A stretch of DNA of 64,000 bases from Squalus acanthias (lineage: Eukaryota): positions 95,420,001 through 95,484,000 of the forward strand of contig CM059432.1 of the NCBI GenBank assembly GCA_030390025.1. Direction: 5' to 3'. Positions 14,187 to 26,812 of this stretch are shown here, one piece after another. A program made the translations under genes and the position numbers. Below the pieces are notes generated by a model. The model saw nothing but the letters and a program-made list of their open reading frames with translations, searched no databases and was not told where the DNA came from. Every line of letters starts with the position of its first letter. Position 1 is the first letter of the stretch.

Positions 14187-14919
14187 GGGGGAGAAATTCG
14201 GTATCACCCCGTTTGGGGCGCTAACTTTTAAAAGTTGAAAAAATTAGCGCCAGGCGCTAATGTTTTTCAACTTTTAAAAAATTCGGTTTTGCACTCCAGG
14301 AAGGAAGTGGAGCGCTAAATCAAGCTCTCCCCTTCCTTCCTGGAGTGCAACAGGCAGCAGGCAGGGGGGTGGGGGGGTAGGTGTGCAGCGCTGCACAATG
14401 GGCCCGCGTTGGAAGGCTCCTTCTCTCCCTTAAAGGGAAGGGCCATCGCTCCAAGCTCTGCAAGGAAAAAACTTACCTGGTCCCCGACGGCAGCTGTGAT
14501 CTGGCCTGATCAGCCCGATGCACTTCAGCAGAATACCGGGCTGATCGATCGCTGGCGAAGACGAGGAAAAAAATGAGAGAGAGCATTTCAGAATTATTTT
14601 CATTTACCTCGGCCACCTCACCTTTAAGTATCGCCCCCGAAGCACCCAGCCTCCCAATGAGCGCCTCCTGCACCTGTGGATGTTTTCGCCCGGCGATGCT
14701 ACAGGGGCTGGAACCAAAGTTCGGGTCCGGGGCGATAACGTCACGATCTCTGAGCGCAGGAGATCGGGGTGCAATGCTATACCGCCGCTGCCGCAAACCT
14801 CCCGCTGAATATAGCGGGAGTCGATCTTCTCACCGCGCCCGGTCGGTAACTGCTTAGCGCCCCATTAGCGCCCCCCAGAGGGGCTAATGGGAGGCGCTAA
14901 GATGCCCAATTTCTAGCCC
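14187..14919. mobile_element. Harbinger-type MITE related to the element at 36510-44628
   Basis: Left end GGGGGAGAAATTCGGTATCACCCCGTTTGGGGCG resembles the reverse complement of the right end of 36510-44628. Right end (rc GGGCTAGAAATTGG...GCGCCTCCCATTAGC) resembles its left end. Many GCGCTAA subterminal motifs. Confidence 0.75.
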
Positions 14920-15550
14920 AATGTGTTTCTCGAGAACTTCTGGAACAGTTTTTGTTATTTTATTTCTGTTGTTTCTCATGAGCCTTTGTACTAATTGTTC
15001 AATGGATTCTTTTCTTCCCCACCAGCACCATTAATACTCAATGAGAATTATCCATCTCAGCTGTTTGGCGGAAGAAGAGGAAGAGCAATGGAGAGATGGT
15101 AAGCAGAACAGGATGCACCAGAGGTATGCTGTGCCCACCCACCAGTATCTGCATACTCGCATCTGCAGACAGAGATACTTTGGCAGATGATCAGTACATG
15201 CAGAGGATCCTATTCCTAAGGAAGACTATATCAGCAGACTTGATAGTTGAAATAAATATATGTGAATGCCTGACTAACTATATGCTGGATCGTTTTGCAG
15301 ACACACCCCAATCTCAGTATGTCATAATTTAAGGCTTTACTGAATTAAAGAAAGCACGTTGTAGTGATAACAGCTAGCATAGCCTGGTAGGCCTCATCCA
15401 CCAAGATACCATCAACCGTATAGAATTATATAGAATATTACAGCACAGAAACAGACCATTCGGCCCAACTGGTATGTCGGTGTTTATGCTCCGCACGAGC
15501 CTCCTTCTAATATACTTAATTTCAGCCTACCAACATATCCTTCTATTCCT

Positions 15551-15697
15551 GAAAGAACCTCCAGTTCTGACGAAGGGTCATCGACCTGAAACGTTAACTC
15601 TGTTTCTCTCTCCACAGATGCTGCCTGACCTGCTGAGTATTTCCAGCATTTTCTGTTTTTATTTCAGATTTCCAGCATCCGCAGTATTTTGCTTTTG
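15551..15697 (+). mobile_element. 147-bp Penelope-derived unit with hammerhead-like motif and 13-bp TSD
   Basis: Flanked by identical TCCTTCTATTCCT at 15538-15550 and 15698-15710. Contains CTGACGA...GAAACGTT. Confidence 0.75.
15563..15599 (+). ncRNA. Putative minimal hammerhead ribozyme (Penelope type)
   Basis: AGUU-CUGACGA-A-GGGUC(AUC)GACCU-GAAAC-GUU-AACU gives helix I AGUU:AACU, helix II GGGUC:GACCU and a loopless palindromic helix III (AACGUU). Confidence 0.6.
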
Positions 15698-16065
15698 TCC
15701 TTCTATTCCTATCTCCCTCAGGTTTTTATCTAGCTTACCCTTAAATGCATCTATGCTATTCACTTTAACCACTTGATGCGGGAGCGAGTTCCACATTCTC
15801 ACCATTCTCTGAGTAAAGTAGTTTCTTCTGAATTCCTTATTTGATTTATTAGTGACTATTTTATATTTAAGGCCCCAAGTTTTGGACTCCCCCACAAATG
15901 GAAACATCGTCTCTCCGTCTACCTTACTGAACCCCTTCATAATTTTAAAGGCCTCCATCAGCTCACCTCTCAGTCTTTTGTTTTCTAGAGAAAACAGCCT
16001 GTTCATTCTTTCCTGATAGTTACAATCTCTCAGTTATGGTATTATCCTTGTAAATCTTTTTTACA

Positions 16066-16975
16066 AGGTAGCTCGTTTGATGTAGTCTACATGGATTTTA
16101 GCAAGGCTTTTGACAAGGTCCAACATAGCAGACTGGTCAGAAAAATAAAAGCCCATGGGATCCAAGGGAAAGTGGCAAGTTGGATCCAAAATTGGCTCAG
16201 TGGCAGGAAGCAAAGAATAATGGTCGACGTGTGTTTTTGTGACTGGAAGGCTGTTTCCAGTGGGGTTCTGCAGGGCTCAGTATTAGGTCCTTTGCTTTTT
16301 GTGGTATATATCAATGCTTTAGACTTCAATGTAAGGGGCATGATTAAGAAGTTTGCAGATGTTGCAAAAATTGGCCATGTGGTTGATAGTGAGGAAGAAA
16401 GCTGCAGACTGCAGGAAGATATCAATAGACTGGTCAGGTGGGCAGAAAAGTGGCAAATGGAATTCAATCTGGAGAAGTGTAGGGTAATGCATTTGGGGAG
16501 GGCTAACAAGGCAAGGGAGTACACAATAAATGGTAGGATACTGAGAAGTGTAGAGGAACAGAGGAACCTTGGAGTGCATGTCCACAGATCCCTGAAGGTA
16601 GTAGGACAGGTAAATAAGGTGGTTAAGAAGGCATACGGGATACTTTCCTTTATTAGTCAAGACATAGAATATAAGAGTAGGGAGGTTATGCTTCAACTGT
16701 ATAAAACACTAGTTAGGCCACAGCTAGAGCACTGTGTACAGTTCTGGTCACCACATTACAGGAAAGATGTGATTGCACTAGAGAGGGTACAGAGGAGATT
16801 TATGAGGATGTTGGCAGGACTAGAGAATTTTAGCTATGAGGAAAGATTGGATAGGCTGGGGTTGTTTTCTTTGGAACAGAGGAGGCTGAGGGGAGACTTG
16901 ATTGAGATGTATAAAATTATGAGGAGCCTAGATAGAGTGGAGAGGAAGGAACTATTTCCCCTAGCAGAGAAGTCC
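16066..16975 (+). mobile_element. CR1 LINE RT fragment
   Basis: 305-aa ORF 16091-17008 with DFSKAFDKV, QGSVLGPLLF, KFAD and LVRPQLEHCVQFWSP. Confidence 0.9.
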
Positions 16976-17874
16976 TGCTTACAACCACCTCATGCACCAC
17001 CACTTTAACAGCCATCAAAGATGAGATTGAACGCTGGGCTGTTCTATCACTTGCTTGCATACTCGGGCCAACATATTAGGATCCCTTAACTTCATTTTTC
17101 ACTGTCATATCTTAGCCCTCTCTCCCTTCAGCCTTGACAAAAGCTGCCAATGGGTTGAAACGTGCTGATCTACTTTGGCTGCTATAATGGCCTGCTTCTG
17201 AAAGCTGATGATATAGTGACCTAAAACCGCCCTGTGTAAAATGGTTTGACTGCACAGGAAAGGTTTGTTGCCTTTACAAAAGAGTCAATCATATCCATTA
17301 TATGTAAATGCAGTACATAATAATATAAATACAATACCAAATCAACATCAGATATTCAGCATGCAGAGGCAAGAAATGCCAATAATCATTTATCAAACTC
17401 TATGGTACAGATTTTGTGAAAATTTAAAGTTTAACTGCATTGCAGTTTTCAATTGTTGCCTTACAATAAGTTTTTTTTTAAATTCACAAATGTAGCATTT
17501 CTCTTTGTGAAATTAACTCCAGACTGACAGATGATTCTTTATTATAGGGGCTGACAGGAAGGAAGAAAACCAGGATACAATTTATTGTGTGTACACTGAA
17601 GGTGCTTGTGGTCAGCAAAAAGAATTTTGCACACAAAATATTCCCATCACTTTTTATATAAGTTGGAAAAGAACAAATTCTGTCAAAAACATTAACATCC
17701 ACTGCAATCTCAGTCACAACAATCTAAGGGAACCTATCAAGGGCAATGATTTCAAAGAAAAAAGTTAAAACATATTTTGAACAAGTGCTGGATTTCTTCT
17801 TGTTTTTTTCTGTTTTTATTCAGCTACAGATTGCTACTATTTTCCCAATAGACTTTTAACAAAACTGAGTCACA

Positions 17875-18015
17875 AAATAGGAACATAGGAGGGAACATGG
17901 GAATATAAGAACAGGAGTAGGCCATTCAGCCCCTCGAGCCTGTTCCGCTATTCAGTGAGATCATGGCTGATCTGCATCTTAAATCCATTTACTCTCCTTG
18001 GTCCGTAACCCTTAA
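17875..18015 (-). mobile_element. CR1 3' tail fragment
   Basis: GAACATAG-type repeats and GGAGTAGGCCATTCAGCCCCTCGAGCC, as at the CR1 tail at 34781. Confidence 0.65.
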
Positions 18016-18028
18016 TCAAATCAAACAT

Positions 18029-18647
18029 CAGCCAGAAAATTGGTCTTGTGGCGAAAACTGGCGTGAAGTGGGTAGCACGTCTAGGACACACGCCGAAGAG
18101 GGAGGCCTGAGGCTCACTTGAAATTGGGCATCAGGATTCATAATACCGGTGATCTGTGGATGCCAATTGGGCTTCCCAGTGCAACTTGTCGATTGGGGCC
18201 TTCTCAAAAAACAGCTGGCTCGGATGCCGAACTGGTCCGCAGTTAAGTCTTGAGAGGGGTGGGAGAGACGTGGGGAGGGGGGTGGGGGTTGGGGGGTGGT
18301 GAGGGTGAGCACTCCTGCTCCTCCTGGCTCCATATTAAGGACAGTACAAAAAAAACTACCTTTTCTTCAGTGGCTTCCAGCGGTGCCTTTAAGAGCCACT
18401 GGTTAGGCCACGGTACACCTGGAAAAGCAGCGTGGAGCATGCTCTGCCCAATTTCTGCTAAATTTGGTGTCCTAAAACAGGTGTTTGGCCCCTGATTTGC
18501 ATACACGATGGGCCAACGCCTGTTTTAATTGGTGCCTTGGGCACTTCCAGAATGGGATCAAGCGTGCAACATTGCAATCGGAAATTGATCCCCCCACGTG
18601 AACTTTGCGCCCAAAAACTGGGCGCAACTGGGACCAATTTCTCCCCC
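18029..18647. mobile_element. Harbinger-type MITE
   Basis: Ends GCCAGAAAATTGGTC ... GACCAATTTCTCCCCC resemble the GGGGGAGAAATT TIR family. Confidence 0.6.
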
Positions 18648-19219
18648 ATTATCTTTTATATTGCAATGTATTTTTTTTATTGAGAATTTGGTGCAGCCTT
18701 GACTATGGAGAAGAATATTGGTTCTAGTACATTAATAAATCATTGGGAATGAAAGTCTAGATGAGAAAGTTGTACCTTACTAGGAGTGATGATGCAATGC
18801 ATGATTGACATGTATATAGGTCATTCGACAGACTGATGCATAAACAGCAGCCTTTGGATTAGTCATCCTCAGTAATGCATTACCTTGCAAATTGTTTCCA
18901 TGGTAATGTCTTGTATTGCTGAGTGCTTAAAACACAGAAGATTGTGGAAACTCGTACTCATAACAAGGTCATGGACAACAATGCCTTATCTCAATATTAC
19001 ACCTTTATTGATTCAAGCAATAATTCCAACATTTAAACAACTGGTGAATGAGATGACCTACCATGCTCTCACATCTCAAACATAAATAAATCTGTTTCAT
19101 TTAACAGCAAAACTAAAGGTGTGATGGAGATATTCTCTCGTTAATTTATAAACCTTTTAACATAGTAATAAGAAAATGGCAACAAAACATCATTAAGAAG
19201 TTGATGTGTGTATGATTAA

Positions 19220-19530
19220 GAAACAAAGACTTGCATTTATATGGAGCCTTATCACTTATCTCAGTAACATCTCAAAGTGTTACACATACGCTGAATTACT
19301 TTGAAGTGCAGTGACTGTTGATATGTAGATAAATGTGGCTGCCATTTGCACAACAACAATGAGATGAATGACCAGTTAATCTATTTTTGGTGATATTGAG
19401 AGAGCAACACTAACCAGAACACCAGAGAATTCCCTGCTCTTCTTCAAGTAGTGCCATGGAATCTTTAATGTCCAGCTGAGCCATTAGAACAGGCAGATGA
19501 GACCCTGGATTAATATATCATTCAAAGGAT
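19220..19530 (-). mobile_element. DeuSINE-like SINE (5'-truncated)
   Basis: Homologous to 2440-2775. Confidence 0.65.
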
Positions 19531-20206
19531 GTTTTGAAATATGTTTGGAAAAATATACTCCAATTGAATCCAGCCCAGACTATTTGGATGAAGATTTCCT
19601 CTCTAACAGCATTAAAGGTTCTAAGTGAAATTAATCTAGGGCAGTTTCAATCCAGTTCATATTGGCTGCAAGCCCACAGCACAAAACTGATCATAATTCA
19701 GCAATAATTGGTACTAAATAGCAGTTTTGCTCACTTATAAAAATGAAAATAATTACCACAGGACAGAATTATATATAAAAATAAACCGTACTTTCAAACT
19801 ATTATCTATTTGCAGGCTTAAGACTGGAATCCAATAATCAGACTGTAACTCCTACACTATATAGCAAAGTGCATAACTAAACTGCAGAACTTAAGTTTTG
19901 ATCTTGTGAAAATGCTGCACTCATTAGTATAACATTTCAAGCATTGATACCAAAGGATAGCAGGCTGCATCAGTTTAATAAATTCCTTTGGCTGTGTCAA
20001 CAGCAACTGTCAGAGGGACAGCACTGTAGTTGTGCAGGGGGTTCACTGGTCTCCTGCCATAATTCCGGTGGGCGGTTCGCAGAACCCTGAGGGAAATGGT
20101 GTCAACAACTACTTTCAGCCATTTTTGCCGTTTCCTGCTGGAGATATGAGGGGAGACTAATAGAACCCCCATGGAATGTCAGGGCCAATGTGTTTAACTC
20201 AGGAAA

Positions 20207-20382
20207 GGGTTAAAATCACGTTGTGCAATAATGGTATTGAACACATTAACACATGTGAAATTCCTATGTCCGTTATTTTAATGACGGTGTTAACCCATTT
20301 ATTTTAACATCTTCCTCAAAACAGTGGATAGAAGAATTTTTAACATGTTTGTTACTAATACACCATAGTGTGAATTCAACCC
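20207..20382. mobile_element. Short palindromic MITE-like element
   Basis: GGGTTAAAATCAC ... GTGAATTCAACCC imperfect inverted ends. Confidence 0.4.
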
Positions 20383-21529
20383 AAAATTTTCTTTAGCTAT
20401 TCAATTTATATTCCAGCCCTCGCCTGCCTGAAAAACAGTGTGAGAGTTCTAAGCATGGTTGGAAACTGATAGGGGACTGTGCTCTGCTCTGTTGGCATTT
20501 CTGTGCCCCGCTCCTTGACAGAAGCACAGCACATGTTTGCCAGTCAGGTGGTGTAGACTTTACAAATGAGGGAATGATAATGGAATAACCTCATCCTTCA
20601 CATTTACCATCATCCTGCCCCTAATTACGTCTGAGCTAAAGCCTGCCAAATCAGAACAGGCAGGCCCAGGGCTCAGGGAATGAATAGCAGCTAATTAACC
20701 ATGCTGGAGCAAGATTCAAGCTTCAGTCAGGTTCTGCTGGGAGATTTTTAAAGGGGTCTAACCTGCCTCTTAAAGTGGAATCCCTCTGGGGACATGGAGA
20801 GCATTTCACTACCTATAAGCACACCATTATATTTGGCATTCTTTAATGTGGAGGAAGAGGACTGGAACAGAGAAGGATATGGCTGCAACAGAGGAGACTG
20901 GATAATGCCATGGGAACTTTAACATCCACCTGAACAACTGGAACTGACAGACAGGACACTAGTTTATTATGATTCTTATTGGTAATTTGTGTGCCGATTG
21001 TCTACTTGGATTGGAGGGGATTAAGGAAGGTAATAGGCAAACTTTCATCTGTGATCCTCCAGGGGTGCTGGGTAGTCCTTTCCCACCACTAATGCTTGCT
21101 CAGTATCGATCTCTCACTTTAACTCATGGCAAATTGGATTTTGCCTGTATTGAATTTTATAATTGAAAATATTTCTAGAATGCTATATTCAGCATATCAA
21201 GGGTTAATTCCAAAGGCTGCTTACAGCAGTTTTCTCAACAACTGACAGTAGACGAAGTGAACTGAAGTGTGAATTAGTTATACAGTGGGAAATGCATTAA
21301 GTGCAATCTCAAAAATCTTGTGCTATTGTGAGACGTTGGCTCAATGCAACACTTGATGGTCCAGGGTGTCATTCTTCATGTATTTGTTACCATATGAATT
21401 TAATTTTTAGATGTATATCCTATGCTCAGTGAGAAACCAAGATGGCTATTGAATTCAGTTTGAAAAATTGTTTTCAGCTACTGAATTGGTAGCTTTTTGT
21501 TGCTTTCTGCTTTTAAAGCATATGCTGAT

Positions 21530-21640
21530 AAGGTTAGATGAAGTAGAGTGGGAAGAGACTCGTGTGGAGCATAAACACTGGCATAGACCAGTTGGGCCGA
21601 ATGGCCTGTTTCTGTGCTGTAAATTCTGTGTAATTTTGTA
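21530..21640 (+). mobile_element. CR1 3' tail fragment
   Basis: GGGCCGAATGGCCTGTTTCTGTGCTGTAAATTCTG matches the CR1 terminal motif. Confidence 0.6.
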
Positions 21641-22149
21641 TAACTTGGTGCCCTTTCGCTGCTTGCTAGTTGTTTATTGGTAGTTTTTCTACCTTGTAGC
21701 CATATTGCAGGCAGTCACTTAACAGTATTTTGTTGCTTTATTTATTTGAGCCAGTCAGGATTTTTTTTACCCCGTGGATACTTTGCATGTGTTGCAGACA
21801 CTAGCAGAGTATGACACTTTGAGCATGACTAACATGTGCTAGATGCAAACCTTTTATATAAAACTGGGAAGTGCACTAAATTTTGAGGATTACTTAAAAG
21901 CTGCAGAATCCCTTCTCAAGTGTAATTGTGCAACATTTCACAAATTAAGGCATGAGAATACTTGGATGGAATTGAGGAAAGGCTTTTTAACTCGAGAACA
22001 AGACTGTTGGCCAGCCATGTACAGCTCAAAGTAAATGACTGTGATATATCACAAGATGCAAAACTTTTTATATATACTTGAGAAGGGATGCTGCAGCTTT
22101 TAAATATTTTGCAAATTTCTATTTTGTGCATTATTATTTAAGAGTCCAA

Positions 22150-22490
22150 GGCCCTGGCAGTGGCTTAGCTGATTAATGCACTGCCTAGTTTGGAACTGAG
22201 CTTTGCTAAGTTAGTTGAATTTGGTATGGATGTAGGAGGGATGCTGTAACTGGCCTCAGCATCCATGGGCTACAGAAAATCAGCATGATTCCTACTCCTG
22301 GTTGCTATCCAGTGATCCCCCCACACAATTGTGGACAGAGGTGAGGCCAGATTAATGCTCTGCTGTGACGCCTCCCACATTCGAATTGCCTATTGATGCC
22401 CGTTGTCTAGGCTCACATGAAGAATGGGTGAAATACCAGAGGGCCACCAGCACTGGAGGAGTCCAAGGTGAGTTTGCAGTTTCAGAGAGG
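22150..22490 (+). mobile_element. Second SINE-like family copy
   Basis: Homologous to 12790-13100. Confidence 0.5.
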
Positions 22491-23719
22491 AGGAGAAAAT
22501 TTGAAGGGTAAAAAAGACTTCTGTAATGTTATGATACAACAGCAGAAAAATCTGCAGATCTTTATTCAGAAACGACTATCATTCCCCATTTTCTATCACC
22601 TCATTTTCATCGGCCAACGCCTGGAGCCTGTCCGTGTAGACTGATATTACCATGCAGGTGGATGAACTGTGAGGTTACGTTAAGAGCAAACATCTTAACC
22701 TATAATCTGCATATGGGAAACAAAATAATTGTACAAGAGCATGTCACCACCTGTTTGCAATATGCATCTGTTGTAATTCATTCTGTTTACCCTCACCCAC
22801 CTTTCCCAGTCTCAGGAGCCTGAAAAAATACTTTTATTATTTGCAGTCTGTACTAAGAGGTAGTCATCAAGGTTGATTGTGGGTTGATGTGGAGTTTATT
22901 GTTGCTGGCCAAGCTCCCTACACCAACAGGTGCCAGGCACACTGAGCTACACTCCTGTAAAACATTGACCCTGTGATATGTGCACAAGCAATGATGGATT
23001 CTGTTTACATGTACTGGAGACTACCGCTTCCCTTTGCACCTAGGTTGTACTGACAATAAAAGTTTATAACTATATGTTACCTTCAGATTCCTTCCTATCG
23101 TCCCCTTGCTGCTAATAGCTTGAAGGTTTATTTAGTTGAATTAGATTCAGCATTGCGAATTGGATCACTGCTGGTAAATTAAACCCAGTCTCCAAACACA
23201 TCATGCAGTCTATTTATTAAAAGAATGAATTGGCTATGTGCCCAGTTTTGGGAATGTGCTTCTCATACTCTCTGCAAACCTTGGACATTAGCAAACAAAT
23301 GTTTCTGAAATGCTTTAAAAAAAAAAATTGAAAATGTCATGCAACCTTGAGAATAAAATAAACTAAATGTTTTGTCCAGTTGAAAATGATAATATATAAA
23401 TGCTTTCTCCTAATACATAGTTTTAAAATGTAATTGGTAGAGAATGTCCTTTTAAAACAAAAATAAGCACATGTAGAAAATCTCTAACTATTACGCAAAC
23501 ACTGGAGTGGAGTGGGGGAGGGAGAAAGGATGGGGAGAGGAGGAGGTTTCATACTTGTTTGATACAGTTCAGTAGAACAAAGGTGAGGTGATGTTGCAAA
23601 AGCATTATGTGCAGTCAGAATAACCAGCAGTGGAAAAACAAAAAAATGTGTCTTTCTGATCTCCTTCAGCTTTTTATCCAATAAGAGTATTAAGAATGAT
23701 CAAAAATGGCATTCTGTCT

Positions 23720-24010
23720 CCTCTGATGGTTCAGTAAGTCCACTGCTGAGTGTGGCATTGAACTATACAGACCAGCTAGGCCCAGATTCAATCCACAGTC
23801 TGTGCTGAGTTAGCTGGGATGGTGCTAGGAACGTTACAGCTGGCCTCAATGTCCCTGAGCTAGAGAGAGTAGAAATCAATCGAGGTTCTCACTCCTGATC
23901 ACTCTGCAATGACCTTGGGTGGAAAGTGTGCACGTTGCTGTCGGGTGAGACAGGATTTCGCTCAACAGTGAGGCCCCCAAGGTTGAATAACCCACAAACA
24001 GTGCCAGTGT
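23720..24010 (+). mobile_element. Second SINE-like family copy
   Basis: Homologous to 12790-13100, with a tRNA-like head. Confidence 0.5.
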
Positions 24011-24137
24011 ATATCTGGTGTCTGTGGACCTGTATCCGAGCATGGAGTCAGCACTTTTGGAGTGGGGGGAGGGGCAGGCGGCTTTGGAATTGGAGGGAGG
24101 AAGAAGAAAAGAATGAAATGGCATTTCTTTTTTTATT

Positions 24138-24335
24138 TCATAGAATCGTAGAATGATATAGCACAGAAGGAGGCCATTCGGCCCATTATGCCTGGGCTGA
24201 CTCTTAGAAAGAGCTAGCCAATTAGTCCCAATCCCTTGCTCTTTCCACATAGTCCTGGAATTTTTCCCCTTCAAGTTTATATCCAGTTCCCTTTTGAAAG
24301 TTACCATTGAATCTGCTTACACCACCCTTTCAGGC
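24138..24335 (-). mobile_element. CR1 3' tail fragment
   Basis: TFKRELDINLKG followed by the GGGCCGAATGGCCT...(TTCTA)-type tail. Confidence 0.65.
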
Positions 24336-24859
24336 ACTGCAGATTACTGTGCCATTTTTTCTAAATGTTCACTTATAATATGGATATCCACTTCTACAGA
24401 GTTGAACCTAACATATAGTTACTATTGCTGCTTTAATATTGTACCATGGCACTTGCTCCCGATATGCAGGTCTGGTGCAACCTGGCAGTAAATTTGCTGG
24501 CATTTGCTTAGGCTCGCTGCACAAGACCCACATGTCAGGAGTTTGCATCACTAACCTGGGCCGTAGCACAATATAAAAACAGCAATAGCCATTTAACTAA
24601 GTTTCTCATGAGACAGTAGATTACTCCAAGGGTATTCCATTTTCATTCACAGTAGAAGATAGACTTCAAGGACCAATGGTTTATAAAAATGCTAACAAAT
24701 GCCATAGCTGCATAACTCAGGAAGGCCACATGGACACATGAATTCTGAGTGTTTTATTTTTTTATAAACCCTACTCTCCAAATGTGTGTTCTGTTAACAT
24801 TCAAATTTGAAAGTATATATTTTTGAAGAATCTAATTTTAAGGTAACTTCATATGATTT

Positions 24860-26013
24860 TGTGGATGCTGGAAATCTGAAACAACAACAGAAAATGCTGG
24901 AAACACTCAGCAGGCCAGGCAGTATCGTGGAGAGAGAAACAGAGTTAATGGCCCAGAAATTGATCTCGCTCTGTTCCCGCGGGGGTAAGGAGCAGGCGTG
25001 ATCTCTCACTCCGCGTTGGCTTTTTCAGATCCAGCTCGCACGAACTTGATGTTCTAGACATCAGCTGGGCAGTGCTTGCGTATCCCACCGGCGTAGTGAA
25101 TTCGTGCGAGCTGTGGGATCACATGACTCAGTTAGAGCCAATGGCAGCACACCATCTTCCATTCATAAGTTTCACATACGTGCTGTGAAAGCTATGAATC
25201 TTACACACCCCCAAAATAACAGCTAAACCTCAATTAAAATAAAAAAAAACATCACATTAATAAAATAAGTATAGTTAAATAAATTAACCATTTTAAATAA
25301 AAAATTAAATTTTTGAAAAAATGTAATATCTTTTAAAAAGTTATAAAAATAAACTTACCTGTCTTTAAAGTCTCTAAAAAAGATATACCTGTTAAAAAAA
25401 ATTCAAAATAATACTTAATTCACTACTTACCTTGTTAAAAGTGGGTCTTACTCCTCCTTTTTTCGTTTCTAAAATCTTCCGTCCTTACCTGCGCGTCCAA
25501 AGCACTAAGTGCACAGCGTGCGCGCAGCCTGTAGCGCGCACGCGATGCACCGAGGAACCGCCCCCTTTTCCAAAGACCAAGTGCCGGTTTTCAGCGCATG
25601 CGCAGTGCATGCAGAAAACCGGCAATTGGAGAGAGAATACGCGAGAGTACGCAGTGCGTACTCTCGCGTAGCGGCATCAATTTTTGGCCCAATGTTTCAG
25701 GTCGATGACCCTTCGTCAGAACTGGAAAAAGTTGGAGAAGTAACAGATTTTTAAGCAAGTGTAGGGGCAGGGAAAGGGGGAGGGGAGGAAAGAACAAAAG
25801 GGAAGATCTGTGATAGGATGGAAGGCAGGAGAGGTTAAGAGACAAAAGGATGATGGTGCAAGGCAAAAGGAGATGGTAATGGGACAAGTTAAGAAACAAA
25901 AGATGACTCTAGATGAGGTGTAAATGGCAATGGCAGAATCATCAACAGCTGCCATGTGAGAGAGAAAAAAGAAAACATAGCGGCCGAGGTTCTAGACTGA
26001 AATTGTTGAACTC
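24860..26013 (-). mobile_element. Penelope-like element 3' end, interrupted by a MITE
   Basis: The minus strand near 26000 reads EFNNF, like a PLE ORF C-terminus. A pyrimidine-rich 3' UTR and a hammerhead-like motif (~25691-25723) follow, then the same terminal unit as 15551-15697. Confidence 0.65.
24950..25690. mobile_element. Harbinger-type MITE with 3-bp TSD AAT
   Basis: TIRs GGCCCAGAAATTGAT ... ATCAATTTTTGGCCC. AAT at 24947-24949 and 25691-25693. Removing it restores GAGTTAATGTTTCAGG. Confidence 0.85.
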
Positions 26014-26671
26014 GCTGTTGATTTCGTTGCCTATTTAAGGCAGACTTATTGGCACGGGTGTTGTAAGAGGCTGTGCAATGACACAGAGCAAAAAGTGGTA
26101 GAAACAAATGAGAAAATAATTCAATTCAAAATAAAAAAAACACGTTAAATATTGTACAGCGAGAACAGACAGAGGAGAGCAGGTGATTTATGACAATTTA
26201 AAGCACTCCTTTTGTGATGTTGTGGAAATAAGTGGAGGTGAATTTGCAGTCAAACCACTTCCATAAATCAAATGTACATTATATTGTCTATTGAGAGCAA
26301 TCTCCAAATTAGTACATTCAAGAGGTGAAACAAATACTCCTTAGTAAAAAATATAGTAGAAATTGTTTCTCTCTTTACAAATGAGGAGAAAATTCCTTCC
26401 AAACAGGGCAATATAATTTTGTTCAGATGTGAAATCAGCTTGCTCATGAGCAGCAGTTAAGGTGTTAACAAAATTACCCGAAACCGTACATTCAGTGACA
26501 AACACAGGGGTCACTGAAACTGAAACTGCAACAGACATTTTATCCACTTTTTGAATGGAAAAGAAGTGCCCCCTCCACATAGAAAGATGGGTCATATTTT
26601 ATGGTGAGGAAGTGGATGAAGGTTGTAATTCATTTCTGTTTGTAAATTACAAAGGATTCCATTGGTTTCTT

Positions 26672-26812
26672 TGGGGGTAATTTTAACTTTTGGCGATAGT
26701 CTAAAACAGGTGCTATCTGATTGGCCACCCAGTATACACAACGCCCAATTTTTTCCCTTTCCAATCCAATATCGCCCGTTTTACACTATTGCCAAATGTT
26801 AAAATTACCTCC
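26672..26812. mobile_element. Short MITE with ~35-bp TIRs
   Basis: GGGGGTAATTTTAACTTTTGGCGATAGTCTAAAAC versus rc GGAGGTAATTTTAACATTTGGCAATAGTGTAAAAC. TTT on both flanks. Confidence 0.7.

Larger units (their letters stand above)
15419..16060 (-). mobile_element. CR1 LINE 3' fragment
   Basis: LFSLENKRLRGELMEAFKIMKG...FTQRMVRMWNSLP and a CR1 3' tail. Interrupted by 15551-15697. Confidence 0.8.

Noticed and set aside
15419..16975. Opposite-orientation CR1 fragments resembling a twin-priming inversion
   Set aside because: The overlapping ~190 bp differ strongly (e.g. MEAFKIMKGFSKVD versus IEMYKIMRSLDRVE), so these are different subfamilies and independent insertions. No shared TSD is visible.
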